Positions 43,161 through 53,543 of a stretch of DNA of 64,000 nt are shown in pieces. A model generated the notes under the pieces. It was not told the DNA's origin, did no database searches, and saw only the letters and a list, made by a program, of their open reading frames with translations. How positions within the stretch are numbered: position 1 is the stretch's first letter; the number at the start of each line of letters is the position of its first letter. The position numbers and the translations under genes are program-made. The DNA is from an uncultured virus (IMG/VR IMGVR_UViG_2061766007_000995) (lineage: Duplodnaviria > Heunggongvirae > Uroviricota > Caudoviricetes). The stretch is taken from the IMG/VR virus record IMGVR_UViG_2061766007_000995. The stretch is one strand, 5' to 3'.

Positions 43161-43724
43161 ATGAAATCATTCTCTGCATATATTGTCGAATCCGCTGATC
43201 GCGACTATACAAAGTTTCTTAATGCCTGCTCAATGCTGGACTATGTTGTAGACAGAACTTCTCTCTATATTGATGAAGTTGATGAACTTGTCTACGCTGG
43301 AAAGCCAATTGAGAAATTTTTCAAGAAATATGACAAGGTGGCATTAGACGTTGAAAAATTTGCCAGTGCTGATCACGCTGGAAGATGGAAGATTGAATGC
43401 ACACAGGCCATTAAAAAGCTTGAAAAATATGTTCTAATTAAAACACGCTACAAGAACTATGCCGAATGCTACGCTGTAGTTCTAAAATGTCTCAAGAAAG
43501 GCGATTCTCAGGAAGACGCCATTAAAAAGCTTGTAAAGCTTGCCAAGAAGCACATGTACTACAATCTGGAAAAGGGAATGTATACAATTCCTTTCTTTGA
43601 TGATGTCAATGAAAAAGACATTCTTAGACAAATTGACAGCTATAAAGGCATTGTCAAGCTTAATGGTCCTGTTGATTTCTATGTTGTTTTTGAAAAAGGA
43701 AAAGTAAAGAACTTCTACTTCTAA
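43161..43724 (+). CDS. Putative internal head protein
   Basis: MKSFSAYIVE start; GTAAATA at 43133. Confidence 0.65.
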   Translation: MKSFSAYIVESADRDYTKFLNACSMLDYVVDRTSLYIDEVDELVYAGKPIEKFFKKYDKVALDVEKFASADHAGRWKIECTQAIKKLEKYVLIKTRYKNYAECYAVVLKCLKKGDSQEDAIKKLVKLAKKHMYYNLEKGMYTIPFFDDVNEKDILRQIDSYKGIVKLNGPVDFYVVFEKGKVKNFYF

Positions 43725-43739
43725 TTCAATGGAGATTTC

Positions 43740-44294
43740 ATGACATCATTTTCTCAATGGCTCTCGGAAGCCCTAGTGCATGATCCAACGGCCTCTGCAA
43801 GAGCCTTGAAGGCCTGGACACAGACAAACATGCCAGAAACCTTCTGGAAGAAAAAGTCTGAGACCGAATTGACGGAACTGTTTGCCGCTGGAGACAAGCT
43901 AGCTTCAGAAATGCAGACTAATGTAAACAATCCTAACGAAGAAATTCTTGAAATACTAAAGAATTACGAAAAAAGGAAGTCCTTTGCCCTTCACTGGTTT
44001 GGAATCCTTCAGAAGCTGAAGGAAGTCCTTAAGATTGGAGAGACAATTGACACGGCAGTCAATGATCTGACTAAGATGCTTCAGTCGGAAGACTTCATCG
44101 AATGGCGAGAGGATGAAAACTTTCCCAAGGAAAGCATCTTCAAGAGCAGATATTCGAAGGAAGAACTGATGGACATCTATCTGAAGAACAAGAAAGATAA
44201 TGGAACGTCCAAGATCACCTTGTCCTGCTCGATGGCAGGAAAGCTTCGAGCCAAGTTTCGAGATGGCAAGCTGGAATCATTTAAGATAAAATAG
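43740..44294 (+). CDS. Putative internal head protein
   Basis: MTSFSQWLSE start. Confidence 0.65.
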   Translation: MTSFSQWLSEALVHDPTASARALKAWTQTNMPETFWKKKSETELTELFAAGDKLASEMQTNVNNPNEEILEILKNYEKRKSFALHWFGILQKLKEVLKIGETIDTAVNDLTKMLQSEDFIEWREDENFPKESIFKSRYSKEELMDIYLKNKKDNGTSKITLSCSMAGKLRAKFRDGKLESFKIK

Positions 44295-44307
44295 AGGAAA
44301 AATATAA

Positions 44308-45061
44308 ATGCAGACATTTTCTCAATACATAAATGAATCATTGGAAGCCGACCAAAGGACAATAGAACGTCTAGCAGAAAAATTACAGGATTTCATTTCT
44401 TATCATCGCTTGGGAAGCGTTAAGACAGAAAATGAATTTATTGACAAACTAAAAGGTGGACATCCTATAGAACCTTTAGTTAAAAAATACATATACGGAA
44501 AAATAAAAAAGCTTTGCACGGATACAGAAAAGTTTTTAAACGTTCATAACTCCAAAAATGATATGTTATATCAACGTTATGCGAGCAAAAAGCTTGGCAA
44601 GAATGGATACGACGTTATCGCTGATCGAATCAAAGAGGCAAGAATCCGAATGGAAGAATTTGCCAACTGGGCTAGATCAGCTTCAATCTTTTATACGGCA
44701 ATACATGACAAACCAGACATGATTAACAGATTAGTTATTGATAAATTAATTGAACTGCTTGCTGAACTTAAAAAAGCCAAGTATTTCAGTTTAAAGGATC
44801 GTAAGTATGTACCTTACATGAAAAGCTTTGATCCTAAAAANNNNNNNNNNCTTAAAGGATCGTAAGTATGTACCTTACATGAAAAGCTTTGATCCTAAAA
44901 AGATACGTGCCGATTTTGACGCTGAACTTGAAAAAAATGGCGTATCTGTTAGAAATCTATATGTACCTGGACCATTTACAGACAAAGACTTCAAGTTTAG
45001 TTTTATAAGAAGATCTAAAACCTCAGTGCCTGTTCTAGATACGGTTGATACAGATATATAA
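44308..45061 (+). CDS. Putative internal head protein
   Basis: MQTFSQYINE start; N join at 44841. Confidence 0.65.
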
Positions 45062-45065
45062 AAAC

Positions 45066-45091
45066 AAAAGGGAGCCAAAAGGCTCCCTTTT
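45066..45091. terminator. Bidirectional intrinsic terminator
   Basis: AAAGGGAGCC-AAAA-GGCTCCCTTT. Confidence 0.8.
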
Positions 45092-45160
45092 CATTTCTAG
45101 AACGTCATTTCGCTTGGCTCTATATGGACCNNNNNNNNNNTTTTGGCTCCCTTTTCATTT

Positions 45161-46720
45161 CTAGAACGTCATTTCGCTTGGCTCTATATGGACCACGTCC
45201 ATAGAGTAGTCGAAACCATTCATGGTGTATATTCGATATCTTTCTGCATAGTGCTTCAAAGCATAGTTTTGGACTATGTTCACTCTAGCCTTGTAGGACA
45301 TGTCATCAACAATGTCAATCAACTCAACGGCCTTCTTGGTGTCCGACACCCTCAGTCCACGTCCGATGCTCTGAATTGTGGTGATGTAGGACTTGATTGG
45401 AGCCGCAAACATCACGAAGTGAAGGTTCTTGATGGAGACGCCAGTACCGACCAGCTGATAGTTTGCAACCAGAACTGCATTCTTCTCCTGCTCAAGCAGA
45501 GGCTTCAGCTCCTCAAAGGACTTGAACTTTTCATCATTTCTCTGAAAGTGACCCGAATGGACAAGATAGATGTTCCGTTCAGGAGCCATCTTCCTTAGCG
45601 TATTGAATATCGTCTCGCCGTGAGCAATTTTCTTGTAGAGCATTAAGCCAGTTGTATTTCTGTCCAGAGCCATACGGCATATGGAATCAGTCCTTTCCTG
45701 AAGCTCTTCAAAATACTTGCATTGATTTTGATAGTCCAGCAGCTTGAACTTCCTTCCCCATCCCTCTGGATACTGAAGCTTTATTATAGAAATCTTCAAT
45801 TGAGCGACAATTTTCCTGTCCATCAATTCCAGAGTAGTAATAATTTGTCTGGCCTCTCCAAACAGGCCACGAATAAGCATCTCATTGATCTGTTCGTTGG
45901 CCAACGTGCCTGTCCAACCAGTACGAATGCCAACATCCTTTGCAGACATCATTACAGACTGCAAAGCTCGACTCGCGGACCGATGACACTCATCTAAGCA
46001 TATGCAGTCAAACTGGTTCATGTATTTCCTGTTTCCTTTCCAGATGCTGTACAATGACTGCCATGTTGAGATGCATATCTGAGTGTCGTCCTTGAGGTCC
46101 TTGTCCTTTCCTCCATATATCATCTGAATCTTCGGATACCAAGGCTCAAGTTTGCCTTCTTCATTAGTTGCATAGTCTTTGATGTCGTTCGCAAATTGGT
46201 CGACCAAGTCCTTTGTTGGAACAACAATGATGCAGGTCTTTCCCTGCCTTATCAGATAGAGGCATTCAATTGTGATGGACAGAGACTTGCCAAATGAAGT
46301 AGGGCATAGATTTATGCATCTTCTGCTTTCAAGGGCTCTTTGTGTTGCTTCGATTTGATCATCGCGTGGAAATATCTCAACTCCACCAGAAAAGAATCTA
46401 GTTGTTTCAAGAAAGCTCTCAAAGTCAACCTTGCTGAAGTTCATGTCAACAAAGCATCTGGCAACTTCGGAATCCACCTTGTATTCTAGACCTAACTCCT
46501 TTGCAGTTTTGAGCACATGTCTCACAAGACCAAGAGGAAATGCTCCAGTAGAGGCGTCCATAAGATGTATCTGCCCATCCCACATTCCATTCTTGAATGC
46601 TGGCATGAATCTGTAGTTGTCTGGATAATAGCTCAATGCATTGTGAATTAGACTTAATTCCTTGTCCTCATCATATTCCATTCTGGCGTAGGATTCATTC
46701 ATCTTATGGAGAGTTATCAT
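45161..46720 (-). CDS. uvsW: UvsW-like SF2 DNA helicase
   Basis: YRFMPAFKNGMWDGQI, PTSFGKS, DECH, GVSIKNLH, QSIGRGLR. Confidence 0.92.
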   Translation of the reverse strand: MITLHKMNESYARMEYDEDKELSLIHNALSYYPDNYRFMPAFKNGMWDGQIHLMDASTGAFPLGLVRHVLKTAKELGLEYKVDSEVARCFVDMNFSKVDFESFLETTRFFSGGVEIFPRDDQIEATQRALESRRCINLCPTSFGKSLSITIECLYLIRQGKTCIIVVPTKDLVDQFANDIKDYATNEEGKLEPWYPKIQMIYGGKDKDLKDDTQICISTWQSLYSIWKGNRKYMNQFDCICLDECHRSASRALQSVMMSAKDVGIRTGWTGTLANEQINEMLIRGLFGEARQIITTLELMDRKIVAQLKISIIKLQYPEGWGRKFKLLDYQNQCKYFEELQERTDSICRMALDRNTTGLMLYKKIAHGETIFNTLRKMAPERNIYLVHSGHFQRNDEKFKSFEELKPLLEQEKNAVLVANYQLVGTGVSIKNLHFVMFAAPIKSYITTIQSIGRGLRVSDTKKAVELIDIVDDMSYKARVNIVQNYALKHYAERYRIYTMNGFDYSMDVVHIEPSEMTF

Positions 46721-46723
46721 TCG

Positions 46724-46993
46724 CTATGCTCCCAATGGACCTTTTCCAAAGGCGTCAAATCCTAGAGTGTCCTTCAAGCTGAAATTTTTTGAAGATGTTA
46801 TGTAGTCTACCTGTTCCTTAGTCAAGTAGAATATCTTGTCGCCTCCCTTTTCACTTAGAGGCTTTCCAAGATAAAGCTCAAACGTTCCAGGACGATGTTC
46901 GCGCAGTTCAACATTCCATCCCGGCAGACGCATTCTTATGTTTATTTCGGCATCTTCCAGCCATCTTCTGTATTCTCGATACACGTCTTTCAT
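46724..46993 (-). CDS. Hypothetical protein
   Basis: SD AGGAG, between uvsY and uvsW. Confidence 0.6.
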   Translation of the reverse strand: MKDVYREYRRWLEDAEINIRMRLPGWNVELREHRPGTFELYLGKPLSEKGGDKIFYLTKEQVDYITSSKNFSLKDTLGFDAFGKGPLGA

Positions 46994-47004
46994 ATTATTT
47001 TCTC

Positions 47005-47409
47005 CTATGTTGCAGAAGCGCCAGATTCCCAGGCCATGTGCTTGAGAATTATGTTCATGGTAAAGCTTTGCTTGTCCAGCGCCGCAATTACCTGCTCCAC
47101 AAGTCTTGTCTTGGCTTTCTGCTTTTTATACATCTTTTCCGCCTCCTTGTATGTAGGATCTCCCTTCACATACACGTCAACGGATTTTTTCTCTATTTTT
47201 TGTTCAAATTCATAGAGATAGAAATGAAACTTGTCCCTGTAAAGCTCATTCAAGCGTTCTTCTACCTCGGCCAGAATGCATTCTTCATCATATAGATGTC
47301 TGGCCCATTTGGCCTTTCGCAGACCAAGCACTCTGGCGCAGTCTTCCAGCTTCGTTATGTCAATTTGCAAATCCTGCAGAGCTTCAGCTTCATATTCTTC
47401 TACAGTCAT
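47005..47409 (-). CDS. uvsY: UvsY-like recombination mediator
   Basis: DLQIDITKLE, KF.FY, YVKGD, FTMNII..MAWESG; upstream of uvsW. Confidence 0.8.
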   Translation of the reverse strand: MTVEEYEAEALQDLQIDITKLEDCARVLGLRKAKWARHLYDEECILAEVEERLNELYRDKFHFYLYEFEQKIEKKSVDVYVKGDPTYKEAEKMYKKQKAKTRLVEQVIAALDKQSFTMNIILKHMAWESGASAT

Positions 47410-47440
47410 CAAACGCTCCCTGTTTATCAAGTCAAAAGAG

Positions 47441-47469
47441 AGTTTAATCCATTTAGAGGTCTTAGTCAA
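47441..47469 (-). promoter_or_regulatory. Sigma70-type promoter
   Basis: TTGACT-N17-TAAACT. Confidence 0.7.
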
Positions 47470-47502
47470 GCATTAAAATATTCACATTATACATACCGCT
47501 CT

Positions 47503-47673
47503 ATGGAAATCATATGCGAAAAGGACTGCCGTACATGCTTCAAAGAGGACTGTCTTATGAGAAGATGTCCTCCAACTCCAATTATTAAAGCTCCAGAACG
47601 TCCTATTCTTAGCGAAGAAGCTCCACTTAATTTTGACTGGAGAGAAGAGTCAAAAGCCAATCTTCTAGAATAG
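47503..47673 (+). CDS. Small Cys-rich protein, 56 aa
   Basis: MEIICEKDCRTCFKEDCLMRRCPP...; fills the intergenic gap and ends at a terminator. Confidence 0.5.
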   Translation: MEIICEKDCRTCFKEDCLMRRCPPTPIIKAPERPILSEEAPLNFDWREESKANLLE

Positions 47674-47675
47674 CG

Positions 47676-47704
47676 AAAAAGGGGGAGCAAAGCTCCCCCG
47701 TTTT
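47676..47704. terminator. Bidirectional intrinsic terminator
   Basis: AAAAAGGGGGAGC-AAA-GCTCCCCCGTTTT. Confidence 0.8.
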
Positions 47705-47710
47705 AAACTT

Positions 47711-48016
47711 CTATCCAGTAATTAGTCCTCCACTAGGAACAGCAAGACCAGTAACTTGTCCAATATATGAAGTGGCTAAACTTTCTGGAGCATCAGCAAA
47801 AAGCATGACAAACTGCTTTTTAATTTCATACTCCTTCTCGCTAAAAGTCATTGTAGCAAGACTCCAAGGAAATACAGAGACTTTTCCTGCAGATGAAGAA
47901 AGCGTTGGAGCTATGCAGAATGGATTTTTAACCATATAGCAGTCTTCTTTTTCTTCCACAAGATCACAAATTATTTCCTCGGATGATACAAGCTTCATCA
48001 TTTTTACGTTTGCCAT
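47711..48016 (-). CDS. Conserved T4-like Sm-like-fold hypothetical protein
   Basis: MKLVSSEEIICDL...KNP...PW...Y...TGL.VP pattern. Confidence 0.55.
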   Translation of the reverse strand: MANVKMMKLVSSEEIICDLVEEKEDCYMVKNPFCIAPTLSSSAGKVSVFPWSLATMTFSEKEYEIKKQFVMLFADAPESLATSYIGQVTGLAVPSGGLITG

Positions 48017-48041
48017 TAGACACCTCCTTGGCTATGAAAAA

Positions 48042-48674
48042 TTAGGACTTCTTTTTTGCCCCTTTAGATTTGGATTTGTCCCGCATCCCAATAATGTCTC
48101 GAACATACTTTGGATTCTTGGCATTTACGCATCCATTGTAGTATTTCAAGGCCTTTGAAACATTTCCCCTGGACTTGTCCATATAGTGCCTGAATACAAT
48201 GCAGCCAATCTGCACTCCCTTGTCTATGGTATCAAGGTCCGAGTGCCTGATTCCTGCACTGGCCATTCTCTGTCTATGATATCTGGGAATAGTCTGCATT
48301 GGACCAATTGCTCCCTGATATCGGCATTTTTCATTGAATTTGCTTTCCTTCCAGATAATTGACGCTACAGTTACTGGGCAGAGATCATATTCTCTGGACC
48401 ATTTGAGTATGCTGTCCAGATACTTTTGACGCTTTGCATTAGACAGCTTTGGATAGGCATGATCCATGACATTGTGAACTCCAGCAACATCGTTTGCCGA
48501 AGCCGCAAAAGCCACTCCTCTGTCGCAGAAATTCCGACAGATGAAATCTCCAAGAAAGAAGAGCAGAAATGATCCTATTACAATCAATAGAATCCAGGAA
48601 AGACACTTTATGCAGCGTTTAGGCTTCTCAACAGTCTTTCCTGCTTCAAAATTATCGGTTGAAAGATTATCCAT
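48042..48674 (-). CDS. Membrane-anchored lytic transglycosylase (SLT domain)
   Basis: TM helix, IIWKESKFN, GAIGPMQ, ALKYYNG. Confidence 0.85.
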   Translation of the reverse strand: MDNLSTDNFEAGKTVEKPKRCIKCLSWILLIVIGSFLLFFLGDFICRNFCDRGVAFAASANDVAGVHNVMDHAYPKLSNAKRQKYLDSILKWSREYDLCPVTVASIIWKESKFNEKCRYQGAIGPMQTIPRYHRQRMASAGIRHSDLDTIDKGVQIGCIVFRHYMDKSRGNVSKALKYYNGCVNAKNPKYVRDIIGMRDKSKSKGAKKKS

Positions 48675-48684
48675 CTATACTCCA

Positions 48685-49026
48685 TTATTGAATGCAGCAC
48701 GAGACTTTGATGTTCTCTTGTGCCTGGCCCAATTCAATACTGGAGGAAGTCTTTCTGGAATATGGCTCGACATGATTGTCGGTCCATGTTATAATTGGCT
48801 CTTTGTTCCACGGAGGAATGGAGGGCCATGTAGGCACTGACGGCAGTGTTGGAAATGTAGGACTGTATGGAGTCTGACGTCCTTTCTCCTTCATTTCATA
48901 CAGTTCCACCTTGCCTTTCAGCCACATATTCTCATTTTTCAGTCTTTCGTTTTCAGACTTCAAGCCATCAATGATTTTGGCCATAGAGTCAATGGCTGTT
49001 TTCAAAGCATCAATAGTTTTGCTCAT
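48685..49026 (-). CDS. Hypothetical coiled-coil/proline-rich protein
   Basis: SD AGGAG; 113 aa. Confidence 0.55.
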   Translation of the reverse strand: MSKTIDALKTAIDSMAKIIDGLKSENERLKNENMWLKGKVELYEMKEKGRQTPYSPTFPTLPSVPTWPSIPPWNKEPIITWTDNHVEPYSRKTSSSIELGQAQENIKVSCCIQ

Positions 49027-49066
49027 GGTGCATTTCTCCTATAGGTATTTACACGAAAATGACCTT

Positions 49067-50342
49067 CTAAACGTTGTAGAGGGTGCATCTGCATCCATTC
49101 ATCAGCGACAGTTCCCTGAAGCACTGGGTGATTGGATGGTTCCATACGTCTTCAATGAAAAATCTGGCCTTGCACACGTCAATCGGCTTTATGATTCCTT
49201 CCGAAAAGGAGCAGGGATATCCCATTCCATCTACGTTGATGTAGTAGGACATCCTGCCAGATTCGCACATGTCGCAGTAGGACTCAGTCCATTCAAGACC
49301 ATTGTCCTTTGCATAGGACAGATACTTGGATGCAGAGCAGGAGTCAAATCCGAAGGAAATGCCAAGTTCCCTGCACTTCTCTACAACCTGATTGAATTCT
49401 TCGCTGGAAAGCCTGTGAAAACGCTCTCCTCTTCCCTTTCTCTTTAGAGAAAGAAAGACAATGGCATAAAGGTTCTTGAGACGTGGATCAGTTGCAATGC
49501 AGTCAATGACTTCNNNNNNNNNNTCCTGCACTTCTCTACAACCTGATTGAACTCTTCGCTGGAAAGCCTGTGAAAACGCTCTCCTCTTCCCTTTCTCTTC
49601 AAGGAAAGAAAGACTATTGCATAAAGGTTCTTGAGACGTGGATCAGTTGCAATGCAGTCAATGACTTCNNNNNNNNNNTCTACCAGATTCGCACATGTCG
49701 CAGTAGGACTCAGTCCATTCAAGACCATTGTCNNNNNNNNNNAAACGTTCTTGCAAGCGTCTCCTTGGACAGCATGCAGTGAATATTGACATTCTTTAGC
49801 CCATATCTGTGAAGAGCCTCAACAGAACCAAAGCAGCATTCCTTGTCTCCATACCAGGAAACAGCCACAGCACCGCAGACTGAAGCCAGCTTCTCCGCAG
49901 TTTCATCGGAAATGTCGGCAACAGTCACGTTTGGAATAAATCCCATCTTTCTGGATAGATTGAATATGCTGTACCATTCTGGATTGCCAACAAGGGAAGC
50001 GTCTGCACCATAGGCAATCTGCGTTAGTCCTCTAGGAAGCTTGTCCAGAATGTTTCTAGCCATGTCCAGAGACATGGACTTCCCTTCTGGATGATTGGCC
50101 TTGTAACAGAATGGACACGGATTGGACTTTAGAACGGCATCCTTCTTCCTGCCATGAACAGTTCCAATTCCATAGCAGGAAGTCGTTATTTCCATGTCCA
50201 GTATCATGGGAAATGGGGCGCACTCAGGATCATTCTCTAAATTGCATCCCCAGTAGGCCGTCTCTCCACTTTTTTTGTCAAAAATAGAGTTAAACTCTTC
50301 AGAAAATACGGCCTTGGCCCTTTCCGTTTCAACTACCTTCAT
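49067..50342 (-). CDS. Radical SAM protein with SPASM/twitch-like C-terminus, fragmented
   Basis: LDMEITTSC...CPFCY; C-terminal CESGRMSYYINVDG..YPCSF. Confidence 0.8.
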
Positions 50343-50363
50343 GACGCTTTCCTTTTTATGCTA

Positions 50364-51259
50364 TTAGTGAAGTTTTCTTTTTTGATCAAGCCTTCTACCC
50401 ATTTCTTTCAGGAAGGGATAGACGCTTTCAATTAATTTTCTAGCATTGACATACTTTCTAGTCAACCGATTTCTGTCTTTTTCCTTCAACTTCGCCATGC
50501 GGGAAGGATTTGTGTTGTGGGCAATGTCGGCCCACTTCACTATTAATGCTGTTTTGTCGCCAGACGAAATCACGCTTTTGATATATTCCATATACGTCAA
50601 CTTGGGGTCTTTTGTCAAGATGTCAACAATCTTGGCCACAGTCTTTCCATANNNNNNNNNNGATATCGGCCCACTTCACTATTAATGCTGTTTTGTCGCC
50701 AGACGAAATCACGCTCTTGATATATTCCATATACGTCAAATTGGGGTCTTTTGTCAAGATGTCAACAATCTTGGCCACAGTCTTTCCATANNNNNNNNNN
50801 CTCCATCCATTTTTCATGTAAATTGTCAATTTTTGACTTCTTTTTTTGTGGGACTGAAATTTTTTCTTTGACAGGTTCAGGTTCTTTGACAGGTTCAGGT
50901 TCNNNNNNNNNNTCTGTATTCGATTTCCTGCAAAGAAGCATGTCCATCTTCAACAATATCATGAAGAAGTGCAGAAAGCACTGCTGTTTTCACATCCAAT
51001 TTGGCAGCTTTTGCAAGACCTTTAACACGAACCGAAACAATCAATGGATGCGTCCAGTAGGGAACACCATTTTTGTCGGTCTGGCCTTCATGCTTTGCAG
51101 TCATCCATTCAATAGCATCCCCATATTCTTCCATCCATTTTTCATGTAAATTGTCAATTTTTGACTTCTTTTTTTGTGGAACTGAAATTTTTTCTTTGAC
51201 AGGTTCAGGTTCTTTGACAGGTTCAGGTTCNNNNNNNNNNTTTTCTTTCTTCTAGCCAT
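50364..51259 (-). CDS. HD-domain hydrolase of the SpoT/Mesh1-like small alarmone hydrolase type, with K/E/P-rich N-terminal extension
   Basis: H.GQTDKNG.PY..HP..V, ALLHDIVED, LTK, VKWADIAHN; fragmented by N joins. Confidence 0.75.
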
Positions 51260-51288
51260 TCGCAAACCTCCATCAATCATTTTTACTA

Positions 51289-51317
51289 AGCGTAGCACGA
51301 CACCTTAGCTGTGTCAA
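51289..51317 (-). promoter_or_regulatory. Sigma70-type early promoter
   Basis: TTGACA-N17-TACGCT, just downstream of a terminator hairpin at 51320-51344. Confidence 0.75.
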
Positions 51318-51366
51318 CAAAAAATGCCTCCTAAGGAGGCATTTGTAAAAAAATTAAAATTACGCT

Positions 51367-52211
51367 TTATTTCAAGTCCCGCTTCATTTGATCAAGAGAA
51401 TGCATCATTCTGGCATATGGATTTTTCTTGCGACGTGCCTTAGCCGCAGATTGAATTGCCACTTTGATTATTCCAAGAACAACCGGAATGCCTAGACCAA
51501 GAACAGCTTTTACCATAACTGCCGTCCAAAAGCCATAGTTGGCGGCAATGATCATGTCTGCAAGATGTTCATTCAAAGGTTCACCATCTTCATTGACGGC
51601 ACATTCGGTCTGAATTTCCTTAGACACTGCTGGTTCAAGCTTAAAAGTCTTGAACATTCCTTCNNNNNNNNNNNNNNNNNNNNNNNNNNNNNNNNNNNNN
51701 NNNNNNNNNNNNNNNNNNNNNNNNNNNNNNNNNNNNNNNNNNNNNNNNNNCAGTTTGTCTAGCATGCCTTCATCAATACGGCATGATTCATCTTGTTCCT
51801 TGAGAAATTGTTTAAATGATTTCATTATTTTTGAACCTCTTTTTGCAGATCTACCAAAACTTTAGCTAGAATAGAAGGATCATTTTCCTTGCATGCTCNN
51901 NNNNNNNNCGCAAGATGTTCATTCAAAGGTTCACCATCTTCATTGACGGCACATTCAGTCTGGATTTCCTTAGACACTGCTGGTTCAAGCTTAAAAGTCT
52001 TGAACATTCCTTCAAACTCTCTCTTGAGAGCGGCTTTGTCAATATTCTGACTCTTCCATTTTGCAACAAGATTTGCAAGCTTCTTCATTCGTTCTTCACC
52101 AATAAGAAGAGCAAGCTTTTCCATTGCTTTTTGAAATAGTTTGTCTAGCATGCCTTCGTCAATACGGCATGATTCATCTTGTTCCTTGAGAAACTGTTTA
52201 AATGATTTCAT
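51367..52211 (-). CDS. Putative internal head protein with TM-like segment (present twice through assembly duplication)
   Basis: MKSFKQFLKE start at 52211 and 51825; hydrophobic AVMVKAVLGLGIPVVLGII. Confidence 0.6.
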
Positions 52212-52585
52212 TATTTTTGAACCTCTTTTTGCAAATCTACCAAAACTTTAGCTAGAATAGAAGGATCATTTTCCTTGCATGCTCTACCAAGACATCCAGC
52301 CCAGAATGGAAACTGTTTTTCAGCCCATTTCTTATCATCTGGAATATCTGAATCCCAGAGAGCTTTCATAATATCCTTTTTAGCCTGCTTATAATCTTCG
52401 GGAGATTTGTCTCCATACCCCTGTATTACATCTATAACAGATTTTAAGCCTGTTTCTCCAATAAGAGAAGCCATCTTTTTCATTATTGGTTCAATAAATC
52501 CGCCTATATTGATCTGACCAAAATCAGCTTCTTCCTTAATTGATGCAAACCGTTTTTCAATGCAATACTCTAAGAATGATTTCAT
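52211..52585 (-). CDS. Putative internal head protein
   Basis: MKSFLEYCIE start; M.K.A.LIGE shared with the neighbouring gene. Confidence 0.6.
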   Translation of the reverse strand: MKSFLEYCIEKRFASIKEEADFGQINIGGFIEPIMKKMASLIGETGLKSVIDVIQGYGDKSPEDYKQAKKDIMKALWDSDIPDDKKWAEKQFPFWAGCLGRACKENDPSILAKVLVDLQKEVQK

Positions 52586-52609
52586 AGCATTTTAGCCTCT
52601 AAAAATTAT

Positions 52610-53467
52610 TTATTTGACTCGCTCAAAACGAAGTTTCTTGCCACGTCTTTCCTTTGGAATTTCAAGACGGTTTATTTTTCTTGAATGTCTAGATTCTAAA
52701 GGAGTTTCATAGCTTACTGGATTCTGCAAGTTGAGATTCCAGATATTGGGTTCTGGCTGCACAAGTTCTGAAGCCTCTTTCTGCACTTCTTCATTGTCTG
52801 AATTTGGATATTGATAAGTTTGATTGAAAGTATTGAGAAAATCAACATCTTCATCACCAGTGTCAAAAGTTTCCTGTCCCAGATTGAAAAGCTGCAGTTC
52901 CAGCTTGTACATAGTTGGACATCCTTTCATAAATTTATGCAGACGACCAGACACCCATTTTATTTCAAACAGCTGCTTAGTTAAACCATATCTAAACAAG
53001 TCTCCAGGAAGAGGAAATTTTCTGTCCTTGTCTCCAAGACGAGCAATCTCTTCATTTAGTCTATCATAGGCAATATGTATTGCAATTGTATCAAGCTGCG
53101 AGAATCCATACATTTCAACGGCCCATGAGTTTTCTGGTCCATCGCCTTCCTCTGGAAAAAATTCTATAGGAAAGCAGTAGCTATATGTTGCTCCAACATC
53201 TTCTCCAAAAAGCTTGTCTACTGTGTTGTGGCCTTTGAGAATGTATAGTCCTTTGTAGCCAAACATCTGAATAAATTCTTCCTGAATGCGTTTCAGGCCT
53301 TCCTGTTCATTGGAAGTGTCATAATTCTCATTATTAAAGGAAAGATATGAATTTAGTCCACGAAGACGCCTTGAAGCATGAGGATCATACACTTCAGGCG
53401 TTTTTGGCTTTCTTCTTGAAGCTGGAATATCTGTTCTTAGATACTTGGATACATAAACGTCACTCAT
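52610..53467 (-). CDS. 14: Neck protein gp14-like
   Basis: EEFIQMFG...DKLFGED, P.PGDL, LFEIKWV, YKL...LF...E.FDTG. Confidence 0.85.
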   Translation of the reverse strand: MSDVYVSKYLRTDIPASRRKPKTPEVYDPHASRRLRGLNSYLSFNNENYDTSNEQEGLKRIQEEFIQMFGYKGLYILKGHNTVDKLFGEDVGATYSYCFPIEFFPEEGDGPENSWAVEMYGFSQLDTIAIHIAYDRLNEEIARLGDKDRKFPLPGDLFRYGLTKQLFEIKWVSGRLHKFMKGCPTMYKLELQLFNLGQETFDTGDEDVDFLNTFNQTYQYPNSDNEEVQKEASELVQPEPNIWNLNLQNPVSYETPLESRHSRKINRLEIPKERRGKKLRFERVK

Positions 53468-53543
53468 TGAACAGCAGAAGAATGAAATTATTTACAAAAC
53501 AAACAGACAAAAACTAAATATAACAAATCATCTATTTTGCAAA

